Positions 9,128 to 19,338 are shown, counted from the first letter of the stretch. The stretch is 64,000 nt of DNA from Deltaproteobacteria bacterium (GCA_016709225.1 JADJEE010000012.1:1987630-2051629), one strand, 5' to 3'. Notes: a model not told the origin generated them from the sequence alone. A program made the numbers and translations.

Positions 9128-10156
9128 TCACTGCGCCGCGAAGCGGCGCACGGGCACCATCGCGCCCTCGCTGATCGTCACGAACGCGCTCCCGCCGGGG
9201 AGCACCGCGAGCGCCTCGCCATCGGCGTCGGGCAACGTCGGCAGCGGACAGGGCGGGCCCGCGAAGGCCTCCGCGAGGTCGACGCCCGTGGGTCGCCGCC
9301 ACGCGAACGCGTGGGAGTAGGTGCGGACGATCGCAAGACTGCCGTCGTCGGCGATGTCGCCACCGGTCGCGAGCGGACTGCCCGGCAGTGGCTCGACCCC
9401 GAACGACAGCGTCGCGATCTCCTCCATCGTGGTCTTGCTCTCGACGTCGATCGGCGCGACGGCGCGGAACACCCGCGAAGGCCCCGCGTCCTCCTTGGTC
9501 ACGATCAGCAGATCGCCGGTCAGCGGGTCCGACAGCAGCGTCTCGGCGTTGTGCGGCCCATCGGGGTACTTCAGATCGATCGGCACCACGCCGCCCAGCG
9601 GCAGGCCCTCGCCGCCGGCCGCATCGACGACGGGCTCAGGCACGCGGTAGACCGTCACGTAGCCGCGGATGGTTCCGTTGTCACCGATGTCCGCGAGGTA
9701 GAGATGGTCGACGCCGGCCTCGGGCCCGGGGCCCAGCGCCATGTCCTCCCAGTCGAGCGCGAACGCCCCTTCGAGCAGATAGCTCGCGATGGTCTCGCCC
9801 GTCGGTCGCACCGCGAACACGCGCGGCGTGTCACCCGAGTCGTTGTGCAGCCACAACACGTCGGGCTGGGTGCGGCTCGCGACCAGCCCCGAGGTCTCGA
9901 CGATCGCCGGGTCGGTCAGCATCCCGATCGGCTCGCCGTCGGCGAAGCTCGGGCACGTCGGCAGCTCCGGCGCGCCCGTCGAGCTCTCCGCACTGCTACC
10001 GCTGGCCTCGCTCGACGAGGCGCCCGTGCCATCGCCGTGCGTCGAGCCCGAGCTACCCGCGGTCGAGCCTACTTCGCTGTCGGCGGCGGCGGATCGATCG
10101 CCACAGGCGACGGTGAGCGAGCACAGCAGGGGGACGACACGCAAGGCAGTGGACAT
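9128..10156 (-). CDS. Lipoprotein of unknown function. The core is possibly a beta-propeller or phytase-like fold.
   Basis: MSTALRVVPLLCSLTVAC lipobox, a Ser/Gly/Thr linker, then a conserved core. ATG at rc 10156. Confidence 0.55.
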   Translation of the reverse strand: MSTALRVVPLLCSLTVACGDRSAAADSEVGSTAGSSGSTHGDGTGASSSEASGSSAESSTGAPELPTCPSFADGEPIGMLTDPAIVETSGLVASRTQPDVLWLHNDSGDTPRVFAVRPTGETIASYLLEGAFALDWEDMALGPGPEAGVDHLYLADIGDNGTIRGYVTVYRVPEPVVDAAGGEGLPLGGVVPIDLKYPDGPHNAETLLSDPLTGDLLIVTKEDAGPSRVFRAVAPIDVESKTTMEEIATLSFGVEPLPGSPLATGGDIADDGSLAIVRTYSHAFAWRRPTGVDLAEAFAGPPCPLPTLPDADGEALAVLPGGSAFVTISEGAMVPVRRFAAQ

Positions 10157-10202
10157 GGCAGCGGGCGCATCCCTCGACGCGCCCGCGCATCCTACTCCAG
10201 CT

Positions 10203-10697
10203 TCACACGAGGCGGCGCAGCATCACCCAGCCCAGGCCGATGAGCGCCGCGACGAAGCCCACCAGTCCGAGCACGCCGGTATGCACCAGCATGAACACGC
10301 GCATCGCCGACAGCAGCCAGTAGATCACCGCGAAGCCAATCACCATGATCGCGCCGCCGCGCACGCGCGCACGAATGGCTTCTTGGCGCCCGGGGTGGAT
10401 GCGGTGCTCGATCATGATCGCCGCGCCGAGCATCCACACCGGCGCCAGCAGCCAGGTCACGGGCACGTCCGTGACCGTGCTGGCACCGTGCTGCGAAATC
10501 CACACGAGCGAGCAGATCGCCAGCAGCACCGCGCCGAGGCCCACCGCAATGCCGAGGTTGGCGACCGATTGCGAGCCCCGTCGATGGCCGCCGCGCGCCA
10601 GCATCCACGCGGCCGCACCGAACATGAACGGCACTGCCACCAGGACCACGAGTGAACTCGCGCCGCCCCCCAGCAGTGCGCGCATCAGATCGGCCAT
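10203..10697 (-). CDS. Small integral membrane protein, about 4 TM helices, unknown function
   Basis: The R-rich upstream part of the listed 305-aa ORF looks spurious; only the hydrophobic tail is credible coding sequence. An internal ATG (MADLMRALL…) begins that part. Divergent from the Hsp70-like gene. Confidence 0.5.
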   Translation of the reverse strand: MADLMRALLGGGASSLVVLVAVPFMFGAAAWMLARGGHRRGSQSVANLGIAVGLGAVLLAICSLVWISQHGASTVTDVPVTWLLAPVWMLGAAIMIEHRIHPGRQEAIRARVRGGAIMVIGFAVIYWLLSAMRVFMLVHTGVLGLVGFVAALIGLGWVMLRRLV

Positions 10698-10987
10698 GCT
10701 CACGGTCGCGCGGTACCGTGGTCGGACCGCCAGCATTCCGCGGCCCGAGCACGCGAGGCGATGGCCCTGCTGCGTGGCCTCGCGGGTGTGAACCTGTGCG
10801 GCATGGATCTGGTCGAGGTCACGCCGATGCTCGATCACGCCGACGTGACGTGCTTGCTGGCGGCACACCTGCTGTACGAAGGCCTGGCCCTGGCCGCGCT
10901 GCCCCGCACGTAGCGTACGCGCGTCGACGCGCGTGCCGTCGGCCGTGCAAGCCCGGCCGGGTTCCGGCACACTCGCGGCCCCTCGCC

Positions 10988-12307
10988 GTGACCGCCCCCA
11001 CTCCCCGCGTCGGCATCGACTTCGGCACCTCGAGCTCGGCGATCGCCATGGCCGACGCCGATGGTGCCGTGCGATTCGCCCAGTTCCCCGCCGGCGTCGA
11101 TCCGACCGCCGCGGTCGCAACCGGCATGGGCCCGAGCTGGCGCACGCTGTTGTTCTTCGACCCCGACGCGCAGAAGGTCGAGCTGCCGGTGCAGTACCAC
11201 GCCGGCGCCGAGGCCATCGCCGCGTACCTCGAGGCCGCAGGCGAGGGTCGCCTGGTGCAGTCGTTCAAGACCCACCTCACCAGTGAGTCGCTCGGGCGCA
11301 CGCAGATCGCCCACCACGCGCTCGGGCTCGAGGACATGATCGCGCTGTACCTGCTGCGGCTGCGTCAGCGCGCGGAGGCCGATCTCGGCTGCACCATCGA
11401 GCGCGCGCTCATCGGACGGCCGGTGCGCTTCGCCGGTGGCCGCAGCCCCGAGGACGACGCGCTCGCCGAGCGACGACTGCGGGCCGCGGCTGCGCTGGCG
11501 GGCTTCCACGAGGTCGAGCTCGAGCTCGAGCCGGTCGGCGCCGCGCACCACTACGCGCGCACGCTGACGCGTCCCGAGCTGGCGCTGGTGGCCGACTTCG
11601 GCGCCGGCACCACCGACTTCTGCGTGATGAAGGTCGGCCCGACCGGGCACGACACCGCACCTGCGCGCGACATCGTGGCGATCGGCGGCGTGGCGGCGGC
11701 GGGCGACGATCTCGACGCCGCGCTCATCGATCACATCGTGTGCCCGCTGCTGGGCAAGGGCGACAGCTACGTCGAGATGGGCGGGCAACGCAAGGCCATC
11801 CCGAGCTCGTACTACTACAAGCTGGCGCGCTGGCATCACCTGTCGTTCTTGGGCGGCACGCGGACGCGCACCGAGCTCGAGCGGCTGCGTCGGGGCGCCC
11901 AGCACCCCGAGCGCATCGCCGCGCTCATGCATATCATCGAGACCAACCAGGCCTTCCACCTGCACAAGTCGGTCGAGCGCGTGAAGCTCGAGCTCTCACG
12001 CCACGAGCACGCCGCCTTCCACTTCACCGACGGGCCCATCGACATCCACGCCGAGGTCACCCGCGCGGACTTCGAGCGCTGGATCGTCGACACCACCGAC
12101 GCCATCGCGAAGGCGCTCGACGACACGCTCGCGCGGGCCAAGCTGGCCCCGCGAGCAATCGACTGCGTCTTCATGACCGGCGGCACCGCGTTCGTGCCCG
12201 CGGTGCGGCGCCTGTTCGAGCAGCGCTTCGGCGCCGACAAGCTGCGCAGTGGCGACGAGCTGATGTCGATCGCCTCGGGTCTGGCGCTGCGTGCCAGCGG
12301 GTCGTGA
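10988..12307 (+). CDS. Hsp70-family protein of the YegD/HscC-like atypical DnaK-homologue class
   Basis: VGIDFGTSSSAIA (the phosphate-1 motif), ADFGAGTTDF, MTGGTAFVPAV. The R-rich N-terminus of the listed ORF is spurious. The likely start is GTG at 10988, immediately before VTAPTPRVGIDFG. Confidence 0.8.
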   Translation: MTAPTPRVGIDFGTSSSAIAMADADGAVRFAQFPAGVDPTAAVATGMGPSWRTLLFFDPDAQKVELPVQYHAGAEAIAAYLEAAGEGRLVQSFKTHLTSESLGRTQIAHHALGLEDMIALYLLRLRQRAEADLGCTIERALIGRPVRFAGGRSPEDDALAERRLRAAAALAGFHEVELELEPVGAAHHYARTLTRPELALVADFGAGTTDFCVMKVGPTGHDTAPARDIVAIGGVAAAGDDLDAALIDHIVCPLLGKGDSYVEMGGQRKAIPSSYYYKLARWHHLSFLGGTRTRTELERLRRGAQHPERIAALMHIIETNQAFHLHKSVERVKLELSRHEHAAFHFTDGPIDIHAEVTRADFERWIVDTTDAIAKALDDTLARAKLAPRAIDCVFMTGGTAFVPAVRRLFEQRFGADKLRSGDELMSIASGLALRASGS

Positions 12308-12360
12308 GTTGTCGATTCGGCCTCGACGGACGGGGTCGCGAGCGGGTATGCCAGCGGCCG

Positions 12361-13182
12361 ATGACGATTCGAGTCCACCACCTCGAGTGCGGCCGCATGA
12401 CACCGATCGCGGGCCGTCTCGTGTTCGGTGCGGACGCGCGGCACCGCCACCTGCTGTGCCACTGCGTGCTGCTCGAGCTGCCCGATCGTCTGGTGCTGGT
12501 CGACAGCGGCTTCGGCCTGGCCGACATCGCCGACCCGCGCGGGCGTCTGGGTGGGCTGTTCCTCGGCGGCATTCGGCCGCAGCTCGACTCGCACGCGACC
12601 GCCGTGAGCCAGATCGAGGCCCTCGGGTTCGCGATGTCCGACGTCCGCGACATCGTGCTCACGCACATGGACGTGGATCACATCGGCGGCATCGCCGACT
12701 TCCCCCACGCCCGCATCCACGTGAGCCAGGCCGAGCTCGATCGCGCGACCACGCGGCCGACCTTCGACGATCGTCTGCGCTATCACCCGGCGCAGTGGGC
12801 CCACGACGCGAAGTTCCGCACCTACGCGGCGCAAGGCGAGCCGTGGTTCGGCTTCGCCGCGGTGCGCTCGCTCGACGACCTGCCGCCCGAGCTGCTGCTG
12901 ATCGAGCTCGCGGGCCACTCACGCGGGCATGTCGGTATCGCGATCGACACCGGCGCGCGCTGGCTGCTGCACTGTGGCGACGCGTACTTCCACCGCAACG
13001 AGGTCGCCGCCACACCGAGCTGCCCCGCCGGCCTGCGGTGGTTCCAGCGCTTCATGGCCCAGGACAACGCGCTGCGCGTGGCCAACCAGGCCCGCCTGCG
13101 CGAGCTCGCCGCGGAGCACCGGGCAGACGTGCGTCTGTTCTGCGCCCACGATGTCGACGAGTACGAGGCGCTGGCGCAGTGA
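12361..13182 (+). CDS. MBL-fold metallo-hydrolase (metallo-beta-lactamase superfamily)
   Basis: THMDVDHIGG (the HxHxDH motif), …HSRGH…, HCGD. Clean ATG at 12361. Lies inside a longer spurious ORF. Confidence 0.8.
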   Translation: MTIRVHHLECGRMTPIAGRLVFGADARHRHLLCHCVLLELPDRLVLVDSGFGLADIADPRGRLGGLFLGGIRPQLDSHATAVSQIEALGFAMSDVRDIVLTHMDVDHIGGIADFPHARIHVSQAELDRATTRPTFDDRLRYHPAQWAHDAKFRTYAAQGEPWFGFAAVRSLDDLPPELLLIELAGHSRGHVGIAIDTGARWLLHCGDAYFHRNEVAATPSCPAGLRWFQRFMAQDNALRVANQARLRELAAEHRADVRLFCAHDVDEYEALAQ

Positions 13183-13193
13183 TGCGCGCCCGG

Positions 13194-15074
13194 TCAGAGC
13201 CGTACCTGCGACACCGGCTCGAGCCGCGGCGGATGACCGCGGCGCGCCGAGTGGACGCGGTAGCGACGGCGCAGGATCCAATCGCCCTGTAGGAAGTCGA
13301 TGTCGACCTCGGCTGGCGCGTCGATCGGCTCGGCGACGAGCTCCATGCGGAGTGCGTGTCCCGACAGCGGCGTCACGCCCAGGCTCTTGCGCTTGTCGGC
13401 GTCGACCAGCTCGAGCTCGCCGCGCCGGAGGATCAGCAGCGTCTCGCTGGGGTGGCGCGTGAAGACCAGGCCGATCGCCGCGCCGTTGCCATCGAACTTG
13501 CGCAGCAGCTTGGCGGACTCGCTGTGCACGAGCTGCACCTCGCTGCCGATGCCGAGCGCGAGGTATCCGGCCGCCGCGGCGACGCCGTGGATGGCCTGCG
13601 CGCCGACGCGCTGCTGCCACGGCACCTCGCGCAGCTCTCGATCCCAACGCGTCACGGTGCCGTCGGCCTGGCCGACCAGCAGGTCGCCCTCGCGTGCGCG
13701 CGACAGCGACGTGACCAACGCGGGGCTCGGCAGCGGGCGCATCACGGTCTCGGCGTCGGCATCGGCCCAGTAGCTGAGGCCGCGCGCGTCGGCGCGGTAC
13801 AGCGAGGTCCCGCTCTCGAGCACGAGCGCGCCCGGTGTCGCGAGCCCCTCGCGATAGCCCGCGCTGACGTCGGTGACGACCGGCACCGCGGCCGCCGAGC
13901 TCGCCGGCGCGGCGACCGGTTCGACGGCCTCGGCAGCGGACTTGGACCCCGCCTGCGACGACGCCCACGCGAACGCGCCCGCCGTCGCCACACACGAGAT
14001 CACCGACGCGACGATCCACGGCGTGGCACCACTGCGCCGCTGCACGACCGGCTCGATGGTGGTGACCTCGGCGGTGCGTTTGGGCTGGACCGACGTGCGC
14101 AGCGCGGCCCGCAGCGCGACCATGAGCGTGTGGGTGTCGCTGAAGCGGTCGCTCGGTGCCTTCGAGAGGCAGCGCTCCGCGACCGCTGCGACCGCGGGCG
14201 GCAGCTCGGGGCACAGCGTCGTCAACGGCGGCGGCGCGTCGTAGACGATCGCGTGCAGCAACGCCGGGGTCGACGGAGCGTCGAACGCCCGCCGCCCGCT
14301 CAGCAGCTCGTAGAGGATCGCACCGAGCGCGAACACGTCGGTGGTGGCGTCGACCGAGCTGGTGTTGCCGGAGGCCTGCTCGGGGCTCATGTAGTTCGGC
14401 GTGCCCATCACCACGTTGGTGCGGGTCATGGCCTCGGCAGCGCTCTTCATCTTGCTGATGCCGAAGTCGAGCAGCTTCACGCCCATGCGCATGCCGGCCT
14501 CGGCGGTCTGCGTGCGAATCATGATGTTGCTGGGCTTCAGGTCGCGATGCACGATGCCGGCCGCGTGCGCGGCCGCGAGCGCCGAGCACAGCGGATCGAA
14601 CAGCCGCAACACCTCGCGAGGCGTCGCGCGCCGCCCGTGCATCCAATCGTCGAGGGTCACGCCGTCGACGAACTCCATCACCATGTACGGGCTGCCGTCG
14701 ACGTCGGTGTTGAAGTCGAACACCTGCACGATCGCGTCGTGATCGAGGCTCGCGGCGATCTCGGCCTCTTGCCGAAAGCGGGCGTAGGCCTCGGCATCGC
14801 GGGCGAGGTGGTGCTCGAGGAACTTGATCGAGAAGCGCTGCTGCAGGCGTACGTGCACCGCCTCGTAGACGGTACCCATGCCGCCCGCGGCGATCGCTCG
14901 CGTGATGCGATAGGTGTCGGCGAGCAACGCACCGATGCGATTGTCGCCGGCCCGGCTTCCCGCCGCGCGCGCGGCCGCCATCCCCGGGTCGTCGGGCGGA
15001 CCGCCCAGGAACGCGGTGCGCTGGTCCGCAGACACGACCGCGAGGCTCGAACGACCCGACACGGATCCGGTCAT
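13194..15074 (-). CDS. Ser/Thr protein kinase with a C-terminal beta-propeller (WD40/PQQ-like) repeat region
   Basis: The kinase core reads GGMGTVYEA…AIVHRDLKPSNIM…DFGISK…GTPNYMSPEQ. The C-terminal part is repeat-rich. ATG at rc 15074 (MTGSVSG…). The rest of the 867-aa listed ORF is an R-rich artefact. Confidence 0.85.
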   Translation of the reverse strand: MTGSVSGRSSLAVVSADQRTAFLGGPPDDPGMAAARAAGSRAGDNRIGALLADTYRITRAIAAGGMGTVYEAVHVRLQQRFSIKFLEHHLARDAEAYARFRQEAEIAASLDHDAIVQVFDFNTDVDGSPYMVMEFVDGVTLDDWMHGRRATPREVLRLFDPLCSALAAAHAAGIVHRDLKPSNIMIRTQTAEAGMRMGVKLLDFGISKMKSAAEAMTRTNVVMGTPNYMSPEQASGNTSSVDATTDVFALGAILYELLSGRRAFDAPSTPALLHAIVYDAPPPLTTLCPELPPAVAAVAERCLSKAPSDRFSDTHTLMVALRAALRTSVQPKRTAEVTTIEPVVQRRSGATPWIVASVISCVATAGAFAWASSQAGSKSAAEAVEPVAAPASSAAAVPVVTDVSAGYREGLATPGALVLESGTSLYRADARGLSYWADADAETVMRPLPSPALVTSLSRAREGDLLVGQADGTVTRWDRELREVPWQQRVGAQAIHGVAAAAGYLALGIGSEVQLVHSESAKLLRKFDGNGAAIGLVFTRHPSETLLILRRGELELVDADKRKSLGVTPLSGHALRMELVAEPIDAPAEVDIDFLQGDWILRRRYRVHSARRGHPPRLEPVSQVRL

Positions 15075-15198
15075 CGGCGGCCATTCGGGCTGCTTGAGCG
15101 CGCCGCGGGCTTTGCGGCCGCGTGCCGGCAGGACGATGGTTCGCCTGCACGCACACATTCGACCGACTATCCTCGACCAGGTGCAGTCAGGTGACGAC

Positions 15199-16503
15199 GT
15201 GCGAACGAGCCTGTGGGTCGGCCCCGGCCCCGCGTGCGATCGCGTGCCGCGGATCCCGGGCAGCAAGAGCCTGACCAACCGCGCGCTGCTGCTGGCCGCG
15301 CTTGCGCGCGGTCGCTCGTCGATCAGCGGTTGGCTCGACGCCGACGACACGCGCCTGATGGTGGCCGCGCTGCGGGCGCTCGACGTGTCCATCACCGGTG
15401 GCGACGACCCTGGGCAACCCTTGCAGATCGACGGGCGCGGCGGGCCGTTGCGCTGCGACCACGCGCCGACGCTGCAGGTCGGCACCGCTGGCACGGTCGC
15501 GCGGTTCTTGCTGGCCGCGGTGGCCGCGAGCCCCGGCGTGTTCGTGCTCGACGGCAGCGCACGCATGCGCGAGCGACCGATGGGCGGACTCGTCGCAGCA
15601 CTACGCGATCGCGGCGCGGTGCTGACCGCCCTCGAGCGCGCCGACGCGCTGCCGCTGCGCAGCGGCCCGCATCCGGCCGCATTGCGCGGCGGCACCATCG
15701 TGCTCGAGCGACCCGCCAGCTCGCAGTTCGTCAGCGCGCTCGCGTTCGCGGGGCTGCTGGCCGACGCCCCGCTCGAGATCGTCCTGCGCGAGGGCACGCC
15801 CGCGCGGCCCTACGTCGACATGACGCTGGCGGTGATCCGCAGCTTCGGCGGCGAAGCGCGCTGGTCGGCCGCGGACCGCATCCTCGTCACCCCCACCGTG
15901 CTGACGGCGATGCCCTACCGCGTCGAGCCCGACGCGTCGGCGGCGACGTACTTTCTCGCGCAGGCGGCAATCTACGGCGGCAGCTGTCGCATCGACGCGC
16001 TCGGCCACGACAGCCTGCAGGGCGATGCGGCGTTCGTCCATGTGCTGGGGCGCATGGGTGCGCAGGTCGAGCAACGCGGTGATGTCACCGTGCTGCACGG
16101 CGGCGCGGCGCTGCAGGGCGGCACGTTCGCGCTCGACGACATGCCCGACACCGCGCTCACGCTCGCGGTCGTGGCCCTGTTCGCGCGCGGGCCCACGCAC
16201 ATCACGGGGGTCGGCGTGCTGCGCCACCACGAGAGCGATCGGCTGGCGGCGGCGGCCTGCGAGCTGCGCAAGCTCGGTGCCGCCGTCGAGGTCTTCGACG
16301 ATGGCCTACGCATCACACCGCCGAGCGCGCGCCCCGAGCAACCGGTCGCGATCGACACCTACGACGATCACCGCATGGCGATGGCGTTCAGCCTCGCGGG
16401 TGCCGTCGAGATCCGCGACCCCGCCTGCGTCGCCAAGACCTTCCCGGGCTACTTCGACGAGCTGGCCCGCCTGGGCGTGCCGGTGCAACGCACACCCGGA
16501 TAG
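15199..16503 (+). CDS. aroA: 3-phosphoshikimate 1-carboxyvinyltransferase (EPSP synthase)
   Basis: IPGSKSLTNRALLLAALA lies 18 residues from the proposed GTG start, as in E. coli AroA. LxxGxxxxD, RERPMGGL and the C-terminal DDHRMAMAF motif are present. The upstream ATG at 15136 would overlap the divergent kinase. Confidence 0.9.
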   Translation: MRTSLWVGPGPACDRVPRIPGSKSLTNRALLLAALARGRSSISGWLDADDTRLMVAALRALDVSITGGDDPGQPLQIDGRGGPLRCDHAPTLQVGTAGTVARFLLAAVAASPGVFVLDGSARMRERPMGGLVAALRDRGAVLTALERADALPLRSGPHPAALRGGTIVLERPASSQFVSALAFAGLLADAPLEIVLREGTPARPYVDMTLAVIRSFGGEARWSAADRILVTPTVLTAMPYRVEPDASAATYFLAQAAIYGGSCRIDALGHDSLQGDAAFVHVLGRMGAQVEQRGDVTVLHGGAALQGGTFALDDMPDTALTLAVVALFARGPTHITGVGVLRHHESDRLAAAACELRKLGAAVEVFDDGLRITPPSARPEQPVAIDTYDDHRMAMAFSLAGAVEIRDPACVAKTFPGYFDELARLGVPVQRTPG

Positions 16504-16640
16504 CCCCGCGCCCGCGCCCGCGCGCAGGCGCCCGTGCGCCCGCGAAATCGCTGCCGATGGTCGCGCAGCCGCGTTCGACGTGATACTTCGGCGAATGGCA
16601 CCCCGAGGTGAGTGGGTGCGGCTGCCGACCGAGACCTCGC

Positions 16641-17975
16641 ATGAAGCCTGGCGACACGCTGACCGTCATGGCCGAGACGCTGTCGAAGCACGGCGACGGC
16701 GTGGCCCGACAGGGCGGCATCGAGATCCACGTCGCGGGTCTGCTGCCGGGTGAGACGGGCGACGTCGAGATCGACTACGTCAGCCGCCAGAAGCCGCGCG
16801 CCCACGCCCGCGTGGTGCTGCGACGCAACACCCATCCCGGTCGTCGTCCGGCACCGTGCCGCCACCACGGACGCTGCAACGGCTGTGGTCTGATGGACAT
16901 GGACCTGCCGAGCCAGCGCCAGCTCAAGCGCGTCGAGCTCGAGCGTACCTACGGCATCTTCATCGATCGCATGGTCGGCGAGACCCTCGACGGTCGCGGC
17001 TATCGCCACTCGAGCAAGCGCGTGTTCGCCGGCAGCCCCGGACACATCCGACTCGGCAGCTACATGCGGGGCACCCACAACGTCGCCGACATGGGCGGCT
17101 GCCTGGTCGATCATCCCGACATCGCGGCCTGTGCCGACGAGCTGGCGCAGGCCGCCGATGCCGTGCACGCCGTGCCCTACGACGAGACCGACGGCGAGGG
17201 CGACCTTCGCTACGCCTGGTTCAAGGCCGACGGTCGGGGCCGCGTGCTGCTCGCGATCATCACGGCCGAGCCGTGTCACACCGCGGTGCACGAGGTCGCC
17301 TCGCGGCTGACGATCCCGGTCGGCATCGCGTGGGGCGTCAACGCGCGCATGGGCAACGACATGCGCGGCACCACACTACGACCGCTGCGTGGCCGCCAGA
17401 GCATCGAGATCGAGTTCGCCGATCCGCTCCGCGACGAGGCCATCGTCAGCCATGTCGGCGCGTTGGGCTTCCTGCAGCCGAACCCGCAGGTCGCGTCGTT
17501 GGCCTACCACGACTTGGTGCGGGTGCCGGCCGGCGGCGCCCTGCACGGACGCACCGCGCTCGATCTCTACGCCGGCGCGGGCGTGACCACGCGCCTGCTG
17601 CGACGCCACTTCCAGATGGTCGCGCCGTGCGAGTCGTTCCCCGAGAGCGCGCGGGCGCTGGGCGCCGAGCCCGAGCTGGTCGAAGAGTTCCTGGCGCGCA
17701 TCCTCGCCGATCCACACCACCTGCATCGCCACCCCGAGCTGGTGGTCGCCAACCCGCCGCGCGGTGGGCTCGGCCCCACCGTCTGCGAGCAGCTCAACAC
17801 GCTGGCAGTTCCGCGCCTGCACATCATGAGCTGCTCGCCCGGATCCCTGGTCGAGGACCTCCGTCGCCTCACCGGGGAGCACGGCCGCTACAAGCTCATC
17901 GGTGCGCGAGCGTTCGACACCCTGCCCCAGACCAACCACATCGAGGTCGTGGTCTGGCTGGTCGGCCGAAGCTGA
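16641..17975 (+). CDS. 23S rRNA (uracil-C5)-methyltransferase of the RumA/RlmD family (TRAM domain, Fe-S Cys cluster, SAM methyltransferase)
   Basis: N-terminal TRAM-like domain, a Cys cluster (CRHHGRCNGCG), and a C-terminal SAM-methyltransferase fold (LDLYAGAGV…). ATG at 16641. Confidence 0.8.
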   Translation: MKPGDTLTVMAETLSKHGDGVARQGGIEIHVAGLLPGETGDVEIDYVSRQKPRAHARVVLRRNTHPGRRPAPCRHHGRCNGCGLMDMDLPSQRQLKRVELERTYGIFIDRMVGETLDGRGYRHSSKRVFAGSPGHIRLGSYMRGTHNVADMGGCLVDHPDIAACADELAQAADAVHAVPYDETDGEGDLRYAWFKADGRGRVLLAIITAEPCHTAVHEVASRLTIPVGIAWGVNARMGNDMRGTTLRPLRGRQSIEIEFADPLRDEAIVSHVGALGFLQPNPQVASLAYHDLVRVPAGGALHGRTALDLYAGAGVTTRLLRRHFQMVAPCESFPESARALGAEPELVEEFLARILADPHHLHRHPELVVANPPRGGLGPTVCEQLNTLAVPRLHIMSCSPGSLVEDLRRLTGEHGRYKLIGARAFDTLPQTNHIEVVVWLVGRS

Positions 17976-18099
17976 TCCAAGCGCTCGCCCGCGCCGCTTG
18001 GTGCCGCGCCGACCGACGGTTCCGCGGCCGACCCGAACGAGGGTGCTTGCCGCCGCCGGGCGATTGGGGCGACAATCGAACGCACAGAAGAGGTGCCCG

Positions 18100-18528
18100 A
18101 TGGCGAACCCGCAGAACTTCATCTCCGAGGACACCACCATCAAGGGCAGCATCACGACCGCGTCTTCGCTCACGGTCGCGGGCGCGGTCGAAGGCGACAT
18201 CAACGCCGGCGGTGACGTGACCATCCTCGCCGACGCGTCGGTCCGCGGCGACGTCTCCGGCCCCGCGGTCACGATCTCCGGCAAGGTCGAAGGCCGTGTG
18301 AACGCGTCCGGCCGCCTGCTCATCACCGCGCGCGGCTTCGTGCAGGGCGACATCGCGGTGCGCTCGCTCCACATCGAAGAGGGCGGGACCCTGCAGGGGC
18401 AGTGCAACATGGGCTCGGCGGCCCCTGCCGCGGCCAAGGCCGGCAACGGGCGCACGATCGCGCCGCCGTTGTCCTCGCTGACGCCTCCGCCCGCCTCGCC
18501 CGCGGCAGCGCGCCCGCCCGAGCGCTGA
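18100..18528 (+). CDS. Bactofilin (polymer-forming cytoskeletal protein)
   Basis: Repeating beta-helix pattern I.G…V.G.I.A.GDV.I…V.GDV. GAAGAGG ribosome-binding site before the ATG at 18100. Pro/Ala-rich C-terminal tail. Confidence 0.8.
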   Translation: MANPQNFISEDTTIKGSITTASSLTVAGAVEGDINAGGDVTILADASVRGDVSGPAVTISGKVEGRVNASGRLLITARGFVQGDIAVRSLHIEEGGTLQGQCNMGSAAPAAAKAGNGRTIAPPLSSLTPPPASPAAARPPER

Positions 18529-18649
18529 GATCGTCGTTCGTTCCCCGCCGACGCTGCGCGCGAGGCTGCGCACTCGGCCGCCGCGGGACCGCTTGCAACC
18601 CGGCGCGCGTGCGCCCGTCCAGACAACACAACCGGAGAGAACCACCACC

Positions 18650-19060
18650 ATGCCCCGCAATCGAATCCTGTTCCTGCTGCTGGCCCCCGTCCTCGCGCTC
18701 TCGGCGTGCAAGAAGGACTCGGCCGTCCAAGAGACCATCGACCTGCTGGACAAGCACAGCAAGGAGATCAAGGCGAAGGTCACCGACGCCACCGACAAGA
18801 AGGCGGGCGTGGCCGAGGCGCAGAAGTACATCGACGCCAACAAGGACGACATCGCCAAGCGCATCAAGGAGATGGGCGAGCTGAAGGGCTTCCAGGTCAG
18901 CGAGGAGATGCAGTCCAAGATGGCCTCGTCGCTGGTCGACGCCGCCTTCATGTGCAGCAAGATTCAGGTCGACCTGATGTCCGCCACGATGGAGGACAAG
19001 GACCTCGACGCCTCGCTCGAGAAGCTCTGCAAGACCTGGGACGACGCCGTCAAGATCTGA
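18650..19060 (+). CDS. Small lipoprotein, predicted helical, unknown function
   Basis: MPRNRILFLLLAPVLALSAC lipobox. ACCGGAGAGA ribosome-binding site before the ATG at 18650. Lys/Asp/Glu-rich mature protein. Confidence 0.6.
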   Translation: MPRNRILFLLLAPVLALSACKKDSAVQETIDLLDKHSKEIKAKVTDATDKKAGVAEAQKYIDANKDDIAKRIKEMGELKGFQVSEEMQSKMASSLVDAAFMCSKIQVDLMSATMEDKDLDASLEKLCKTWDDAVKI

Positions 19061-19117
19061 CGCTCGACGCACAAGGACGCGCACGCGACCTGAGCCTTTC
19101 TCCGGTCCCGAGAGGCC

Positions 19118-19146
19118 CGACGGCTAACCCCCGCCGGGCCTTCTGC
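19118..19146. terminator. Putative bidirectional hairpin between convergent genes
   Basis: AGGCCCG-(15-nt loop)-CGGGCCT stem followed by TCTGCGTTGGTTG. Confidence 0.35.
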
Positions 19147-19155
19147 GTTGGTTGC

Positions 19156-19338
19156 TCAGCGATAGCTCATGTGCAGATCGCAGCGCGTCGGCGTGAACGA
19201 GGCCACGCGCACGCGGACGTCCTTCTCGCCGCCGAGCTCGAGCGCGGCCTGCACGGCGGTCGCGTAGCAGCGCGCGATGAGCTCGGGCACGAGGTGCGGC
19301 GGATAGTCGATGACCCAGAAGTCACCGTTAGGGCGTCG
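19156..19338 (-). pseudogene. 3'-terminal gene remnant, about 60 aa, with no start. The reading frame opens directly after an in-frame TAG.
   Basis: The reverse-complement frame gives …NGDFWVIDYPPHLVPELIARCYATAVQAALELGGEKDVRVRVASFTPTRCDLHMSYR* with high third-position GC. The upstream side is cut by a stop codon and by the start of the lower-GC island. Confidence 0.35.

Noticed and set aside
8003-10243. A 746-aa plus-strand ORF covering two lipoprotein genes
   Set aside because: Antisense artefact. The R/G/A-rich translation has no domain, while both minus-strand ORFs have signal peptides and conserved domains.
12919-16503. A 745-aa minus-strand ORF (12919..15156), a 612-aa plus-strand ORF (13356..15194), and the first roughly 95 codons of ORF 14914..16503
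   Set aside because: Out-of-frame or antisense versions of the kinase gene. The EPSP synthase homology starts only at the GTG at 15199.
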